A stretch of DNA of 64,000 bases from Takakia lepidozioides. Taxonomy: Eukaryota > Plantae > Bryophyta. Below the pieces are notes generated by a model. It was given only the letters and a program-made list of their open reading frames with translations, searched no databases and had not been told where the DNA came from. The stretch spans positions 41,788,001 to 41,852,000 of the forward strand of contig CM060733.1 of the NCBI GenBank assembly GCA_030704615.1, in the 5' to 3' direction. Positions 1-11,312 of this stretch are shown one piece after another; position 1 is the stretch's first letter, and every line of letters starts with the position of its first letter. The translations under genes and the position numbers were made by a program.

Positions 1-124
1 GAGCAAAGATTTGCAGCAGGTTGTTGATTGTCGTGTGCAACAAGCCTGGGTAGAGGCTTTTGTACCGTCAGGAGAGGAGGAGAGTGCGGATATTGCACCA
101 GGACCACCTCAGTTGTCACCATTG

Positions 125-1120
125 GATACCACACCTATTGTGTGGCAGTATCCGGATGAAGGCATTTGCCTTCTGGACTTGTTTGGCAGGATCAGCACCG
201 GATTGGCTGCTGTGCTACAGGCAGGTATGCGGGTAAGGCGTTACCTGTATGTGGAGAGAGATGAGACTGCACGATGTGTCTCACTCCGTCATGTTGCTCA
301 GATGGTGCACTAGTACCCTGAGTTGTTGTCGGTGTCTGCAGTTCGTGGATACCAGCAAGTCTTGCTAGCAGACATTTCGTTGCTGGGGGCGCAGGATTTG
401 GAGCAGGTTGGCTCCATGAATTTGGTAGTGGCAGGTTGGCCCTGCCAAGGGCATTCATCAGCCGGACATGGCAATGGATTGCGAGACTCGAGGTCGGGTC
501 TGTTTTGGGAGATGGTGCGGGTTTTGCGTCACTTGCAGCTTCATCAAGCTGTATCTCCAGCATACATCTTGGAGAATGTGCCACTGATGGGCGATTTTCA
601 GGCCAGGGTGATGGCCAGTGTGCATCAAGTCCGGTCGTGGCTTGGGTCAGCAGTGTTGCTGGATGCAGTTGCAGTGGGATCACGGGCTCATCGTCCACGG
701 CTATGGTGGACTAACTTGATGCCACCCGCACTGCTCAAGCGTGCATTTGATGGGGTGCAGCGGCCAACACACCTCACAGTGGATAGCATTTTGGACATAG
801 GGAGGCAGTCGCAACGTGTGAGACACGATGACCATTCGCCTTTGACAGTGGTCAAAAGGGTGGGTAAACCACGAGCAGCATTACCTACACTGCTCAGCTT
901 CCCCGGATCCCATGCTTTTCGGGATGGTGGTCCTGGCCTCCTGTGGGATGCTCAATTGCAACAGTTAGTGGAGCCTAATGCCAACGAGCGAGAGCGGGCT
1001 ATGGGGTTTTCCACCGGGACCACGGCGGTGCCTTTTCTTTCTGAGGCATCACGTCGTCAGGTGTTGGGGCAAGCGATGGATCTCAATTGCTTGACCTGGA
1101 TTATCAGCTTGGCTATGGCT
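125..1120 (+). pseudogene. C5-cytosine DNA methyltransferase domain in the retrotransposon polyprotein (in-frame stop at 311-313)
   Basis: Motif I LDLFGRISTG, II VERD, IV AGWPCQGHS, VI ILENVP, VIII RAHRPRLWW, IX/X ERERAMGF...RRQVLGQAM; same frame as RT. Confidence 0.92.
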
Positions 1121-1570
1121 AAGCAACATAGAGTGCGGAATGCACTTCCCTTGACGGTCTCTCTGCCTATCGAGACGGTACAGGCAGCGAGTGGGGACGA
1201 GCCGGTGAGGACCACGGGGTGTAGACATCCATGACATATGTGGGAGGTGCTCGAGGTTCAGAGGGAGTTGGCAGCCAAGGCGGCTTTGATAGATGAGGTT
1301 GGGGATTCTTCTCGGGTTGAGGAGATCCTCAATGATGAGATGATAGGGCATGATGAGGCCTTGTCATTGATTGAGCAGGCAGGGAGTACTCCTCAAGAGG
1401 TTGCGGCATAGCAACCACCAGACGCGTCTTCTACCTCTAAGCCCACTGGACTTAAGGTTGTAGTTACGGAGGATAATTAGGAGCCTGACATTGGATCCAT
1501 TGTCACCGGAGGAGAGAGACGACGTATACGACGGTTCCTGAGGGCTCACAGGAATTGCTTTGCCTTCAAT

Positions 1571-3220
1571 TTGAAGGACTTGGGAGCACTGAAGGGTCAA
1601 GAGATCCGTATTGAGTTGGCCACTGACACGCCAATCTTTCGGAGACCCTATAGATACAGTGACATGGAGAGGTCTTTGATTCAGATGAGGACTCAAGATC
1701 TCTGGGAGGCAGGTTTGGTGGAGCTCTTTGGTGGAGAGTATGCTTCAGCCACAGTGATGCCAGCCAAGAAGGATGTCTATGGCAATTGGACGGAGAGACG
1801 TATGTGCGGTGATTACCGGCCTGTAAATCGTCAGACCAAGTCCGATAGGTATGCCATGCCGACACCAGAGGAGATCTTTGATGCCATTGGGCATGCCAAA
1901 GTCTTTAGCACTTTGGATTTACGATCCGGATATCACCAGTTGCCGATCAAGGAGGCGGATAAGCAAAAGACGGCATTTTGGGGGATCAATGAGCACGGGA
2001 AGGATTGCCTATACCAGTGGCGGTTCTTACCATTTGGGCTTAAGAATGCTCCTGCAGAGTTTCAAAGAGTCATGGACAAGATTCTAGCAGGGGTGGAGTT
2101 TGCTCAGTGCTACATAGATGACATCATTATCTTTAGTGCTACAGTGGAGAAGCATGAGAGACACCTTCAGGTGGTATTTGAGCGCTTGAGAGCGCACGGA
2201 TTGAAATTACATCCGGGGAAGTGCAAGTTCTTCCACAACCAGATTGAGTATCTGGGCCACATGATATATCCTGGAGGATTGGGGGTGCAGCAGATTAAGG
2301 TAGAGGCTATTGCACAGATTCCACGCCCCACGGATGTGAGCCGAGTTCGAGCTTTCATGGGGTTGGCAAACTACTATAGACGGTTTGTCAAGGGATTTAG
2401 TGCTATTGCAAAGGCTCTAACCAAGCTGACCAAGCTAGACCAGGAGTGGCAGTGGGAAGATGAGCAAGAGCGAGCTTTTCAAGAGCTCAAGGCGAGGTTG
2501 ACCTCGGCGCCCATCTTGAGACGACCTATCAGGGGGCGTCTTTTTCAGCTGCATACAGATTGGAGCATGCTGGGGCTTGGAGCGGTGCTCACACAGGTGG
2601 ATGATGAGGGAAGAGAGTTCGTAGTGGCCTATGCTAGCCGCTCAAACAACGCTGCAGAGTTTAAGTATAGCTCATATGAGGGAGAATGCTTAGCTGCAGT
2701 GTGGGCCGTGACATACTTTAGGTGCTATCTATACGGCAATCTCTTCACCCTTGTCACGGATCACCAACCACTCAAGTGGTTGATGGAGTCAGACAAGCTT
2801 ATGGGGAAGCTTGCACGGTGGGCACTCATACTCCAGGAGTATGACTTTCAGGTTGTGCATCGACCGGGTTTGGTCAATCGGGATGCGGATGGATTGAGTT
2901 GCAATCCATGCATGAGCCAACATGATGACACTGGAGCTCGGTGGCATGGTGAGACGGACGAGGAGATGGTGCCGGGATGGCACGCATCTGCATTTTTGTG
3001 TATCTTGACATCGGGAGGTCAGGTTGGACCTACAACAGGGATGACTGTAGACGGAGTGTCTGAGGACCCTGAGGCTAGTGATGAGCCAGGTGGTGCCAGA
3101 GATATACATGAGGATTTGGTTGTGTTGGGCTACCTCCGCACGGGAGACACGGCAGCCACTGTGACTGCCAGGGAGAGGGATCGGATCCTGCAACGAGCCA
3201 AGAGGTTCAAGTGGGAGGGA
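1571..3220 (+). pseudogene. pol: Reverse transcriptase + RNase H of element A
   Basis: [32 protein letters not shown]; RNase H TDWS...GAVL, EGEC, TDH; 1-nt frameshift near 3218 into integrase. Confidence 0.95.
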
Positions 3221-4545
3221 TACACCTACTTCGAGTGTGGGAGGATGGTCGGGAGAGGATTGTGCCTCACCCCACACAGCGTGCACGGTTAGTGCGGCAT
3301 GCCCATGAGGAGTTGGGCCATTTTGGAGTGCGACGCACTCATAGTTTACTGCAGGGGCAGTATTGGTGGCGTGGTATGCATACAGAGGTGCAACAGTTCG
3401 TGGCTAGGTGCATGGTGTGTGACAGGGTGCGTGCTTCATTCAACGCCCCTACACCACAGTTGCATCTTTTACCAATCATGGGATTGGGCTACAGGTGGAG
3501 TCTTGACTTCACAAGACCGTTGCCACTGACTATGCGCCACCATAGATATGTGTTGGTGATGGTGGAGCACTTCTCCAAGTGGATTGAGTTGGTTCCATTG
3601 CCTGACAATGCTAGTGAGGGCGCTGCGTATGCATTCTTGGATCGTGTGCTTAGCCGATTTGGTACTCCAACTGAGGTACTCACGGACCAAGGAAGAGAGT
3701 TCTTGGGGGAGTTTCAGGCTTTGTGTGATAAAGCCTTGATAGACCATCGCACCACTTCTCGGGATCATCCTGAGGCCGATGGCTTGGCAGAGAGAGTTGT
3801 TCAGACGGTGAAGAGGTGTTTGCGCAAGTATGGCTTGCAGAAGGGACATCTAGGAGATTGGGATCTTCAGGTTCATTGGGTAGCCATGGGCTACAGGTTC
3901 AGCAAACAAGCATCACTTGCCTCCTTCTCACCATATTGCCTTCTCTTTGGCCGAGAGCCGGATTTGCCTGCAGCCATTCGTAGGGACACTGCTCAAGTCC
4001 TTAACCTTGACGATCCGGACGTGTGGGTACGTGCATGTGATCAGCGTGCAGAGTTGTTCAAGAAAGTCATGCCCATGGCTTTTGAGAACCTTGCCATTGC
4101 ACAACACCGTGATACGTTGAGGTATGCCACTATACGTGGTGGAGGCTATCGTCCTGGGGTTCGGAGGTTTAGCCCTGGGGACTATGTTTATTTGCAGCAG
4201 ACTGCTCATACGACTTTGGATGTTACTGCAGGGCGTGTTATTCTGAGGGTTCAAGAGGTGTTGCCCTCAGGAGTCCTGATCTTGGAGGGTCGGGATGGCA
4301 TGACTTGGAAAGACCATGTGCGTAATTGTGCGCCATGTCACCTTCCCAATGTCGATGGCAGAGTTGATCCAAACTTGGCAGTGGTACCTGCAGGTTTGAG
4401 GTGCATGCTCTATGGGTCTGCCAAAGGGGCAGCCACCATGTTGGTGTGTGATCGATGCTCAAGAGGTTGGCATATGGGATGCTTGACACCACCTCTTGAG
4501 AGGGTTCCTGATGGAGATTGGTTGTGTCCACACTGCTTGGGATAG
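3211..4545 (+). pseudogene. Integrase with C-terminal PHD finger, element A
   Basis: HEELGH...CMVC zinc finger; LDF, TDQG, GLAERVV DDE core; C-terminal CML(Y)...CDRC...HMGC...WLCPHC C4HC3 pattern. Confidence 0.92.
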
Positions 4546-4803
4546 TGGCAGTGGACATGACTGGAGGAAACTAACAAGACATGGGAGACCAAGCTCATAG
4601 GAGTCAATACATGAGATCCCACGCTCAAGTTCACATGTTGCAAGACGGCGACTAACGATGGGGCAACTCTTGCACCCGGCCTCTTGATCTATCGAGTTTG
4701 AGTGTAGTAGGGACAGTGGTGGAGGACTTAGTGAGGCTATGGTCACTATCACATCTTGTGGCTACCTGGACTTAGAGGGACCTAAGCACCAGCTAGGGGG
4801 GCG

Positions 4804-5489
4804 ATTGTGTGGACTAGTGACTGCCATAGTGGGCAGCATAGTGGCAGCCTAGTGACTGACTAGTTGTAGCCTAGTGGTTGGACTAGTGGTGGACTAGTGA
4901 TATACTAGTGTGTGGCGTGTACATGTGTTGTGTGGTTTTGGACAGCGATGTAGTTGTGTAGCGATATGTATGCGCACGACAGCTGTCAAGTTATTTTACC
5001 ACTAGTGTGAAACTAGCTAGAAAATAGCTAGCTTTTACATATTGACATTTGGGATTGGCCCAAGTGTCAATCCAGGGGTCAAGGCAGATTTAGGCCCTGG
5101 AGTGGTTATCTTCACGGCAAGCGCGGGAGGCTCATCTTTCTCGAGTTGAGCCTCACCGCGCCTAGCTATGGCGCCGTAGTGTGGATTCCCCATGGCGTGG
5201 GGTGCACTTGGCTTGACTTGTATTTGAGTGATGAGGTTATATATGCATGAGTTTATGCTTCAACTTTGTGAGCTCTCATGAACTTGTGCTTGTATGTCTT
5301 CTTCTTTATCATTGTGTGGACTAGTGACTGCCATAGTGGGCAGCATAGTGACAGCCTAGTGACTGACTAGTTGTAGCCTAGTGGTTGGACTAGTGGCTGG
5401 ACTAGTGGTGGACTAGTGTGTGGCGTGTACATGTGTTGTGTGGTTTTGGACAGCGATGTAATTATGTAGCGATATGTATGCGCATGACA
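4804..5489 (+). repeat. 3' terminal repeat region of A with X-Y-X structure (X 4804-4981 and 5311-5489; Y 4984-5310)
   Basis: Direct repeat ATTGTGTGGACTAGTGACTGCC...GCGCAYGACA occurs twice; palindrome GACAGCTGTC at 4978-4987; same layout in B. Confidence 0.9.
5238..5243 (+). promoter_or_regulatory. Putative TATA box in segment Y
   Basis: TATATA about 70 nt before the end of Y, conserved in copy B. Confidence 0.45.
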
Positions 5490-6580
5490 GATGATTCTTT
5501 TTTTGCGGTTAGCATCGAAGCGAGCCTTCCTTCGCCGTTGCATTGCCTCAATGTGCTGAGTTGCTGCTTGCCAGATTTCATCCAGTCCTTCCAACATCTC
5601 GAGTCGTTCTTTTAATGACTCTGATTGTCGCCAATCGTTCGGTAATGGCCAATCGTAGAGAAGGGATTTATGTCTCGATTGGCATGATGAACTCTATCCC
5701 ATAAACCAATGAAAAGGGGGTATGTCGAGTAGTTATCTTATGGTTGTGCGAAATGCCCACAAGGCCAAAATTAACTTGGTGTTTCAATCCCTTTTGTGCT
5801 CCCTGATTGTCTTGGAGAGAATGTTGCACAGGGTTTGGTTGGCGCGCTCCACCTGCCCACTCGTTTATGGATGATAAGGGCTCGCATTGTGATGCTTGAT
5901 GGAAAATGCCACCATCATTTCCTCGATGATGTTGTTGATGAAGTGATATCCTCTCTCACTCACTATCTCTTTTGGGCATCCGAATCAGGAAATGATATAT
6001 TCATAAATGAAAGAGGCGGTTACCTTTGCGTTGGCTCTCTTAACCGCTTTGGCTTCTGCCCACTTGGTCAGATACTCAGTGGCTATAATGATGTAGCGAT
6101 TTTGTCGACTCGATGCAGGGTGCACTTTCCCTACATAGTCGATCCCCCACCTCTCAAACGGAGCAAGGGAGAGAGTGGGACTAACAACATTCCGAGCTTG
6201 TTATTTCGTTTGGCGTACCTTTGACAAGAGTCGCATTTTTGCACATGCATGTGCACATCTTTGAACATGGAGGGCCAGTAGTATCCTACCCTCGAAACCT
6301 TATGCACTGTGAGCCGCCCTGAAAGTGTCCTCCGCACATGCTATCATGGGCTGACTCTAAAATCTGGGGAACCTCCTCCGGGGTGACGCATCGGCTCAAG
6401 AGTCTATCCAATCCCCTTCTATAAAATTGCCCTCCCACAAGAGCAAACTTCATGTTGCGCAGTCGAAGCCTTCGTCGCACATGTCGATCCAATCCTGGGG
6501 CAAATTCCAGGGTGCTTAAATACTGAGCTAAGTGTTCATGGACTCGGCTTATTTTTGGTATGTCATGCATAAATGAGATA
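5490..6580 (-). pseudogene. Degenerate Ty3/Gypsy integrase fragment, the older element into which A inserted
   Basis: AHDSMCGGHF, GYYWPSMFKDVHMHVQKCDSCQR and LDEIWQAATQHIEAMQRRRKARFD across frameshifted ORFs; abuts the end of A. Confidence 0.85.
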
Positions 6581-7711
6581 GGCCCACTGCTATATGGTTG
6601 GAATCTCTGAATGATTTTTGGTAGGTTTCTTGGGGCAATTTACTGCAGCTGGGAAGGGAACCACGTTAAAAGGTTTCCGAGTAAGCACATCATATAGATC
6701 GTTACGATCTGCACCAAGGAAAGCACGGAATTGCACCTGGAGCATGAGCCATTGCAGATGACTCAAATCAGGAATTTCTTGGAGACAAAATTCCAAAATT
6801 AACAACCTTGAAAGAATCCACCTCATACGTTTCATCACATTCATGTGATTCATTGCCTTATCGACCTCTATCTCGTGAGAACTCGCAGAGGCGACATCAT
6901 CTGACCCACCGTTTCCTTTGGTTTTAGCTGTCCAAAAACAACCCCACTTCTCTGCAAGCAGCTCATAAAGAAACCGAGTTTTCCCACTCCCACTCACTCC
7001 AACAACTGGCACAACACCAGTCGAGCCATCATTCGCTCGTTCCCACAAATCACCAACATCTTCAGTCCAACGAGCAGTTAATTTATCCAGTAAAATGCTT
7101 GGATAACCACGGTGGTCGAATGGCACACCGTTCTGTATAGACAAATTGAACGTGTCCAAAAACTCAGAAAATTTCAATTTCCATTCTTGCATAACCACCT
7201 TCACTGATTCTGTAAGCAAAACCCACACACTTTCCATCGCTCCTGACAGATTCATGTATCTGAAGAAAAATAAGAGCATACTATCTTGCAAATAATTGAA
7301 CAATACAAAAGATACACCAACAAAGCCTATGACCAAAGAAAATGCAAAGAGAAGGGAAACATGGAAGGGAAGGCCAAGTAACAGAGTAGCTCTACCTGAA
7401 AACCCGTTTCCAGAGGTTTTCAATCTCTTCGCAGATCTCTCTCCCCCTGCAAATATGTCAGATTTTGTCAAATTTCAAAAGATTTGCATTCATCCAAACT
7501 CTTACCATGGAATTACTGATGAAACTGCTGTTGTATGGCAGCATCCCCTAAACCCTAAACCGAGGACAAACTAAATTATCTGGGCACACACCGATCTCCA
7601 TCAGTCATGGAATATTCAGAAGTTTTCAATCTCTTCCCAAATCTCTCTCCCACTGCATATATGTCAGACTCCACCCATCACAGAGTATATCCTGGCCTTG
7701 AAAGAGGCCCT

Positions 7712-8310
7712 CCCACACTTTACACAGTCACTTCAAGATCTCTCCTCTTGCCCATGGTGATACAAGGAGGGAGGTAGAAGGTGCTGTAGATTCTTGGGAG
7801 AGCTTTGCCACTTCTGCTGCTGATAGAGTCATGGAAGGAAACTAATTATCTGTGGTAGAGCAGTAAATTGGTGGACCCATGAGGTCAAGCTCAAGATTGC
7901 TGAGAGGCAGGCGCTCTATAAGGACTGCTGTAATATCAAAGATGAAAAAATGCTCTGGTCTAGATACTACCAACTGCGTAAAGAGGTCAATCAGCTTGTA
8001 AGGGATCAGAAGAGGCTTTATTGGGAGAAGTTGTACAGTGACATAAACTTAACCCACCATGGTCATATTGACAAAAGATTATGGTTGGCCTTACAGCCAA
8101 TCATCATAAGACCAACAATTGCACAACCAATACATGTACCCTACCTGGATCTTGGCAAGAACCACAACAGTGATAGACAATGTATATAGACTGGGAAAAC
8201 GTAACACACCGAAGAGAAAAGAAGACAAGAACGCAGAACACTTTAAACCTGCCCTCATCTGCCGCAATCTGACCGACCTTAAGAAAATGATAGTCCTTTA
8301 GGTCTGGAAA
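7712..8310 (+). repeat. About 600-bp duplicated unit containing a LINE ORF2 linker fragment, copy 1
   Basis: Near-identical to 10437-11032; translates to WWTHEVKLKIAERQALYK...WSRYYQLRKEVNQLVRDQKRLYWE, resembling the LINE EN-RT linker. Confidence 0.7.
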
Positions 8311-10436
8311 CCTTCAAGTGCAAACCCTGTTACCTGCTGGGGGTGCTACAAAAGAATAAACCACAAGTATCAACCAACAAAACGACTTGGAATAAAAATA
8401 GAAGAGGGTGTAAGGACAGCAATCACTGTACTATTGATAACATACCAGCAGCTTCAGAGGGTTCAAAGCAAAAAACATAACGAAAAAAGAAACAAACCAT
8501 AAACGCTACCAAGAAGCTGCTTGTAATGCTAAAAATATGCAAATATCTCAAGATACTAGATTCAGTTTGAAATACCCTGTCCTAACAAACAACCATGTCT
8601 TTCAAAGGACCCCCCTCATATTTTACTTGTTAACATGGATCTATCGAATGAATAAACTGCATGTATCAACCGTACACAGGATCACACATGGGATTGGGAG
8701 AAGCTGTTGAAACCCTGAGTGCACAACGCAGCCAAGAAACCAAAAAAATTGCAAACACTTGACTCCAAGCTATGCATTGAACGAATCATTGAACAAATCA
8801 GCAACTGCAGCGGGTTCAACAATCAACTGCCCAATTGTCTTGCAAGAATTCAAATGTGCCTGCCCATCATCAGAATTGCAGACATAAAAACAAACGGGCT
8901 CAGACTGCCCTAGGCAACCCATCGACATTCACCAGACTCTCTCCATGACGCACTATCTGACACACTAGCTAATGGGTGAACACTGTCACAGAAGGTTCTG
9001 CAGCCAAGGCGGTTTTGGTTAACTCACATAAGTCACCAACAACCACATTCTGTCATTGACCAATTAACAGCTCAAAACATGCGCACAATTTCGGCTAGAG
9101 CTTTCTATCTTCTGAAGATGGTACTCAAGAAATCGTAAAGGTTTGAACAACACTACTGATTCGCAGGTCACATGCATCAAAGCACTGAAGAGAGAACAGA
9201 AACTCATTCTTCACACATTGGTAGCAAACCCTACAAACTTACACTCACCAGACTCCCTCCTTGACGCACTATCTGACACCCTAAAAAATCAAACATGGTT
9301 TCCATAACCAACAATCCCACAAAGAAAGTAGACACAACACCGTTCAACCAAGAAGCAAGAGACGTAACAAAAATCAGATGAAGATTTGAAACCCTAACCC
9401 TGTACATACTCTTGGGATGCCATTGAGCCCGTCCAAAACTGTTGCGGTTATGGTTATGGATGCAAAAAATCCAAGAGAGCTCCAGAGACACAAAGGAAGA
9501 CTCCCTCTCCCTCACAATAAAAATAGAAGTGGATGCAAGGACGGCAATCACTCACAAGTGAACTACCAAAATGACAGTTTAGAGTTAGGGTTTCAGGCCA
9601 CACAACACATTAAACCTGCCATCATCTGCCGCAATCTGACCGACCACTGCGCTTCAAGAGATTCAGAAGGGCTTGCCCTCTGACCTTGCACGAAAAGTGC
9701 TCACAAAGGTTCACGGCAGACATTTCCAAGAAGCAGTGCAATGCAGCAAGCTCAACAAAATGGCAACTCAAAACCATAGAACATGATCCGGCAACTTTTT
9801 CTTCAGCCATTCTCTGAGGGTAGGAGGTGCTGCCCGCAGCATTCTATCAACCAACAAAATGACTAGGAATATAAATTGGACGCTGCCGTACGCTGGCTCT
9901 TATCAGACTGCTCGACAGCTCTATGAGCAGGCTGATTAGCATTGTTCTAGAAAATACATTCTAGAGAATTACCCTGGGTGATGCCTACCTGCAGGATATT
10001 GCAGGGAAAGGAAACAAAGAGAACTCATCATTCATCAGGAGTAACTACAGATAACCAGATAAGGAAAAACTTAAGTAATCTACTCGATGCAACAAATAAA
10101 GACAACCCTAGGCACTCATGAGAAATGAGGGGTTTGAACGATACTACTCATATTTGCAGCCACGCATCAAACAAACCCTAGCTATGAAAAGAATCAAGAA
10201 AAGATCCCAGCATCAGCAACCTAGGTGCCAAGATTCTACACAACCTCTGAATTACACCAAACAGGACTTGGTGATGGGTGAACGCAACGAAGAAACTTAC
10301 ACCACACCTAGTTGCCAAGAGCGCGCAACCCTGAGTGCACATCCAGAATTCCACATCTAAATAACAAACAACCGTGTATGCCAAGGACCCACCCAGGAAC
10401 AAGAATTGTTAACACTTTCTAGTCCACTTTTTACCC

Positions 10437-11032
10437 TCCACACTTACAGTCACTTCAAGATCTCTCCTCTTGCCCATGGTGATACAATGGAGGGAGGTAG
10501 AAGGTGCTGTGGATTCTTGGGAGAGCTTTGCCACTTCTGCTGCTGATAGAGTCATGGAAGGAAACTAATTATCTGTGGTAGAGCAGTAAATTGGTGGACC
10601 CATGAGATCAAGCTCAAGATTGCTGAGAGGCAGGCGCTCTAAAAGGACTGCTGTAATATCAAAGATGAAAAAACGCTCTGGTCTAGATACTACCAACTGC
10701 ATAAAGAGGTCAATCAGCTTGTAAGGGATCAGAAGAGGCTTTATTGGGAGAAGTTGTACAGTGACATAAACTTAACCCACCATGGTCATATTGACAAAAG
10801 ATTCTGGTTGGCCTTACAACCAATCATCATAACACCAACAATTGCACAACCAATACATGTACCCTACCTGGATCTTGGCAAGAACCACAACAGTGATAGA
10901 CAATGTATATAGACTGGGAAAACATAACACACCAAAGAGAAAGAAGACAAGAATGCAGAACACTTTACACCTGCCCTCATCTGCCGCAATCTGATCGACC
11001 TTAAGAAAATAAGTGTCCTTTAAGTCTGGAAA
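10437..11032 (+). repeat. About 600-bp duplicated unit containing a LINE fragment, copy 2
   Basis: Direct repeat of 7712-8310. Confidence 0.75.
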
Positions 11033-11276
11033 ACTTGGACATTTTAGCACAAAACCCTAACAGCTCCGGAATAATCTCACCTACACGGTCCTAAAGCATA
11101 CCTGCATGAGTATGTGGGCTTGTAGAACAACAGGTCATAATCAAGCAAAGATTCTGAATTCAAGGTGCCAAGAATCTACATAACCTGGGCCCACAGTACG
11201 GTGTGGCTAACATGCAGTAATGAACTTTAGTGCTGCGGTGCACACTTGCGCAAGAGACCGACAGCGAACAAGTACA

Positions 11277-11312
<36 letters not shown>

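Larger units (their letters stand above)
1..5489 (+). mobile_element. Ty3/Gypsy LTR retrotransposon copy A (DNMT-RT-RNaseH-IN-PHD, PPT, 3' terminal repeat X-Y-X); 5' part lies outside the window
   Basis: Domain order in ORFs 11-313, 323-1234, 1571-3292 and 3211-4545; PPT AGGGGGG at 4795-4801; terminal region ends in GACA at 5489; near-identical inverted copy at 19650-24500. Confidence 0.95.

Noticed and set aside
4804-5489. Independent TRIM with X as its LTRs
   Set aside because: No PBS or PPT inside Y, and the identical arrangement follows the PPT in both A and B
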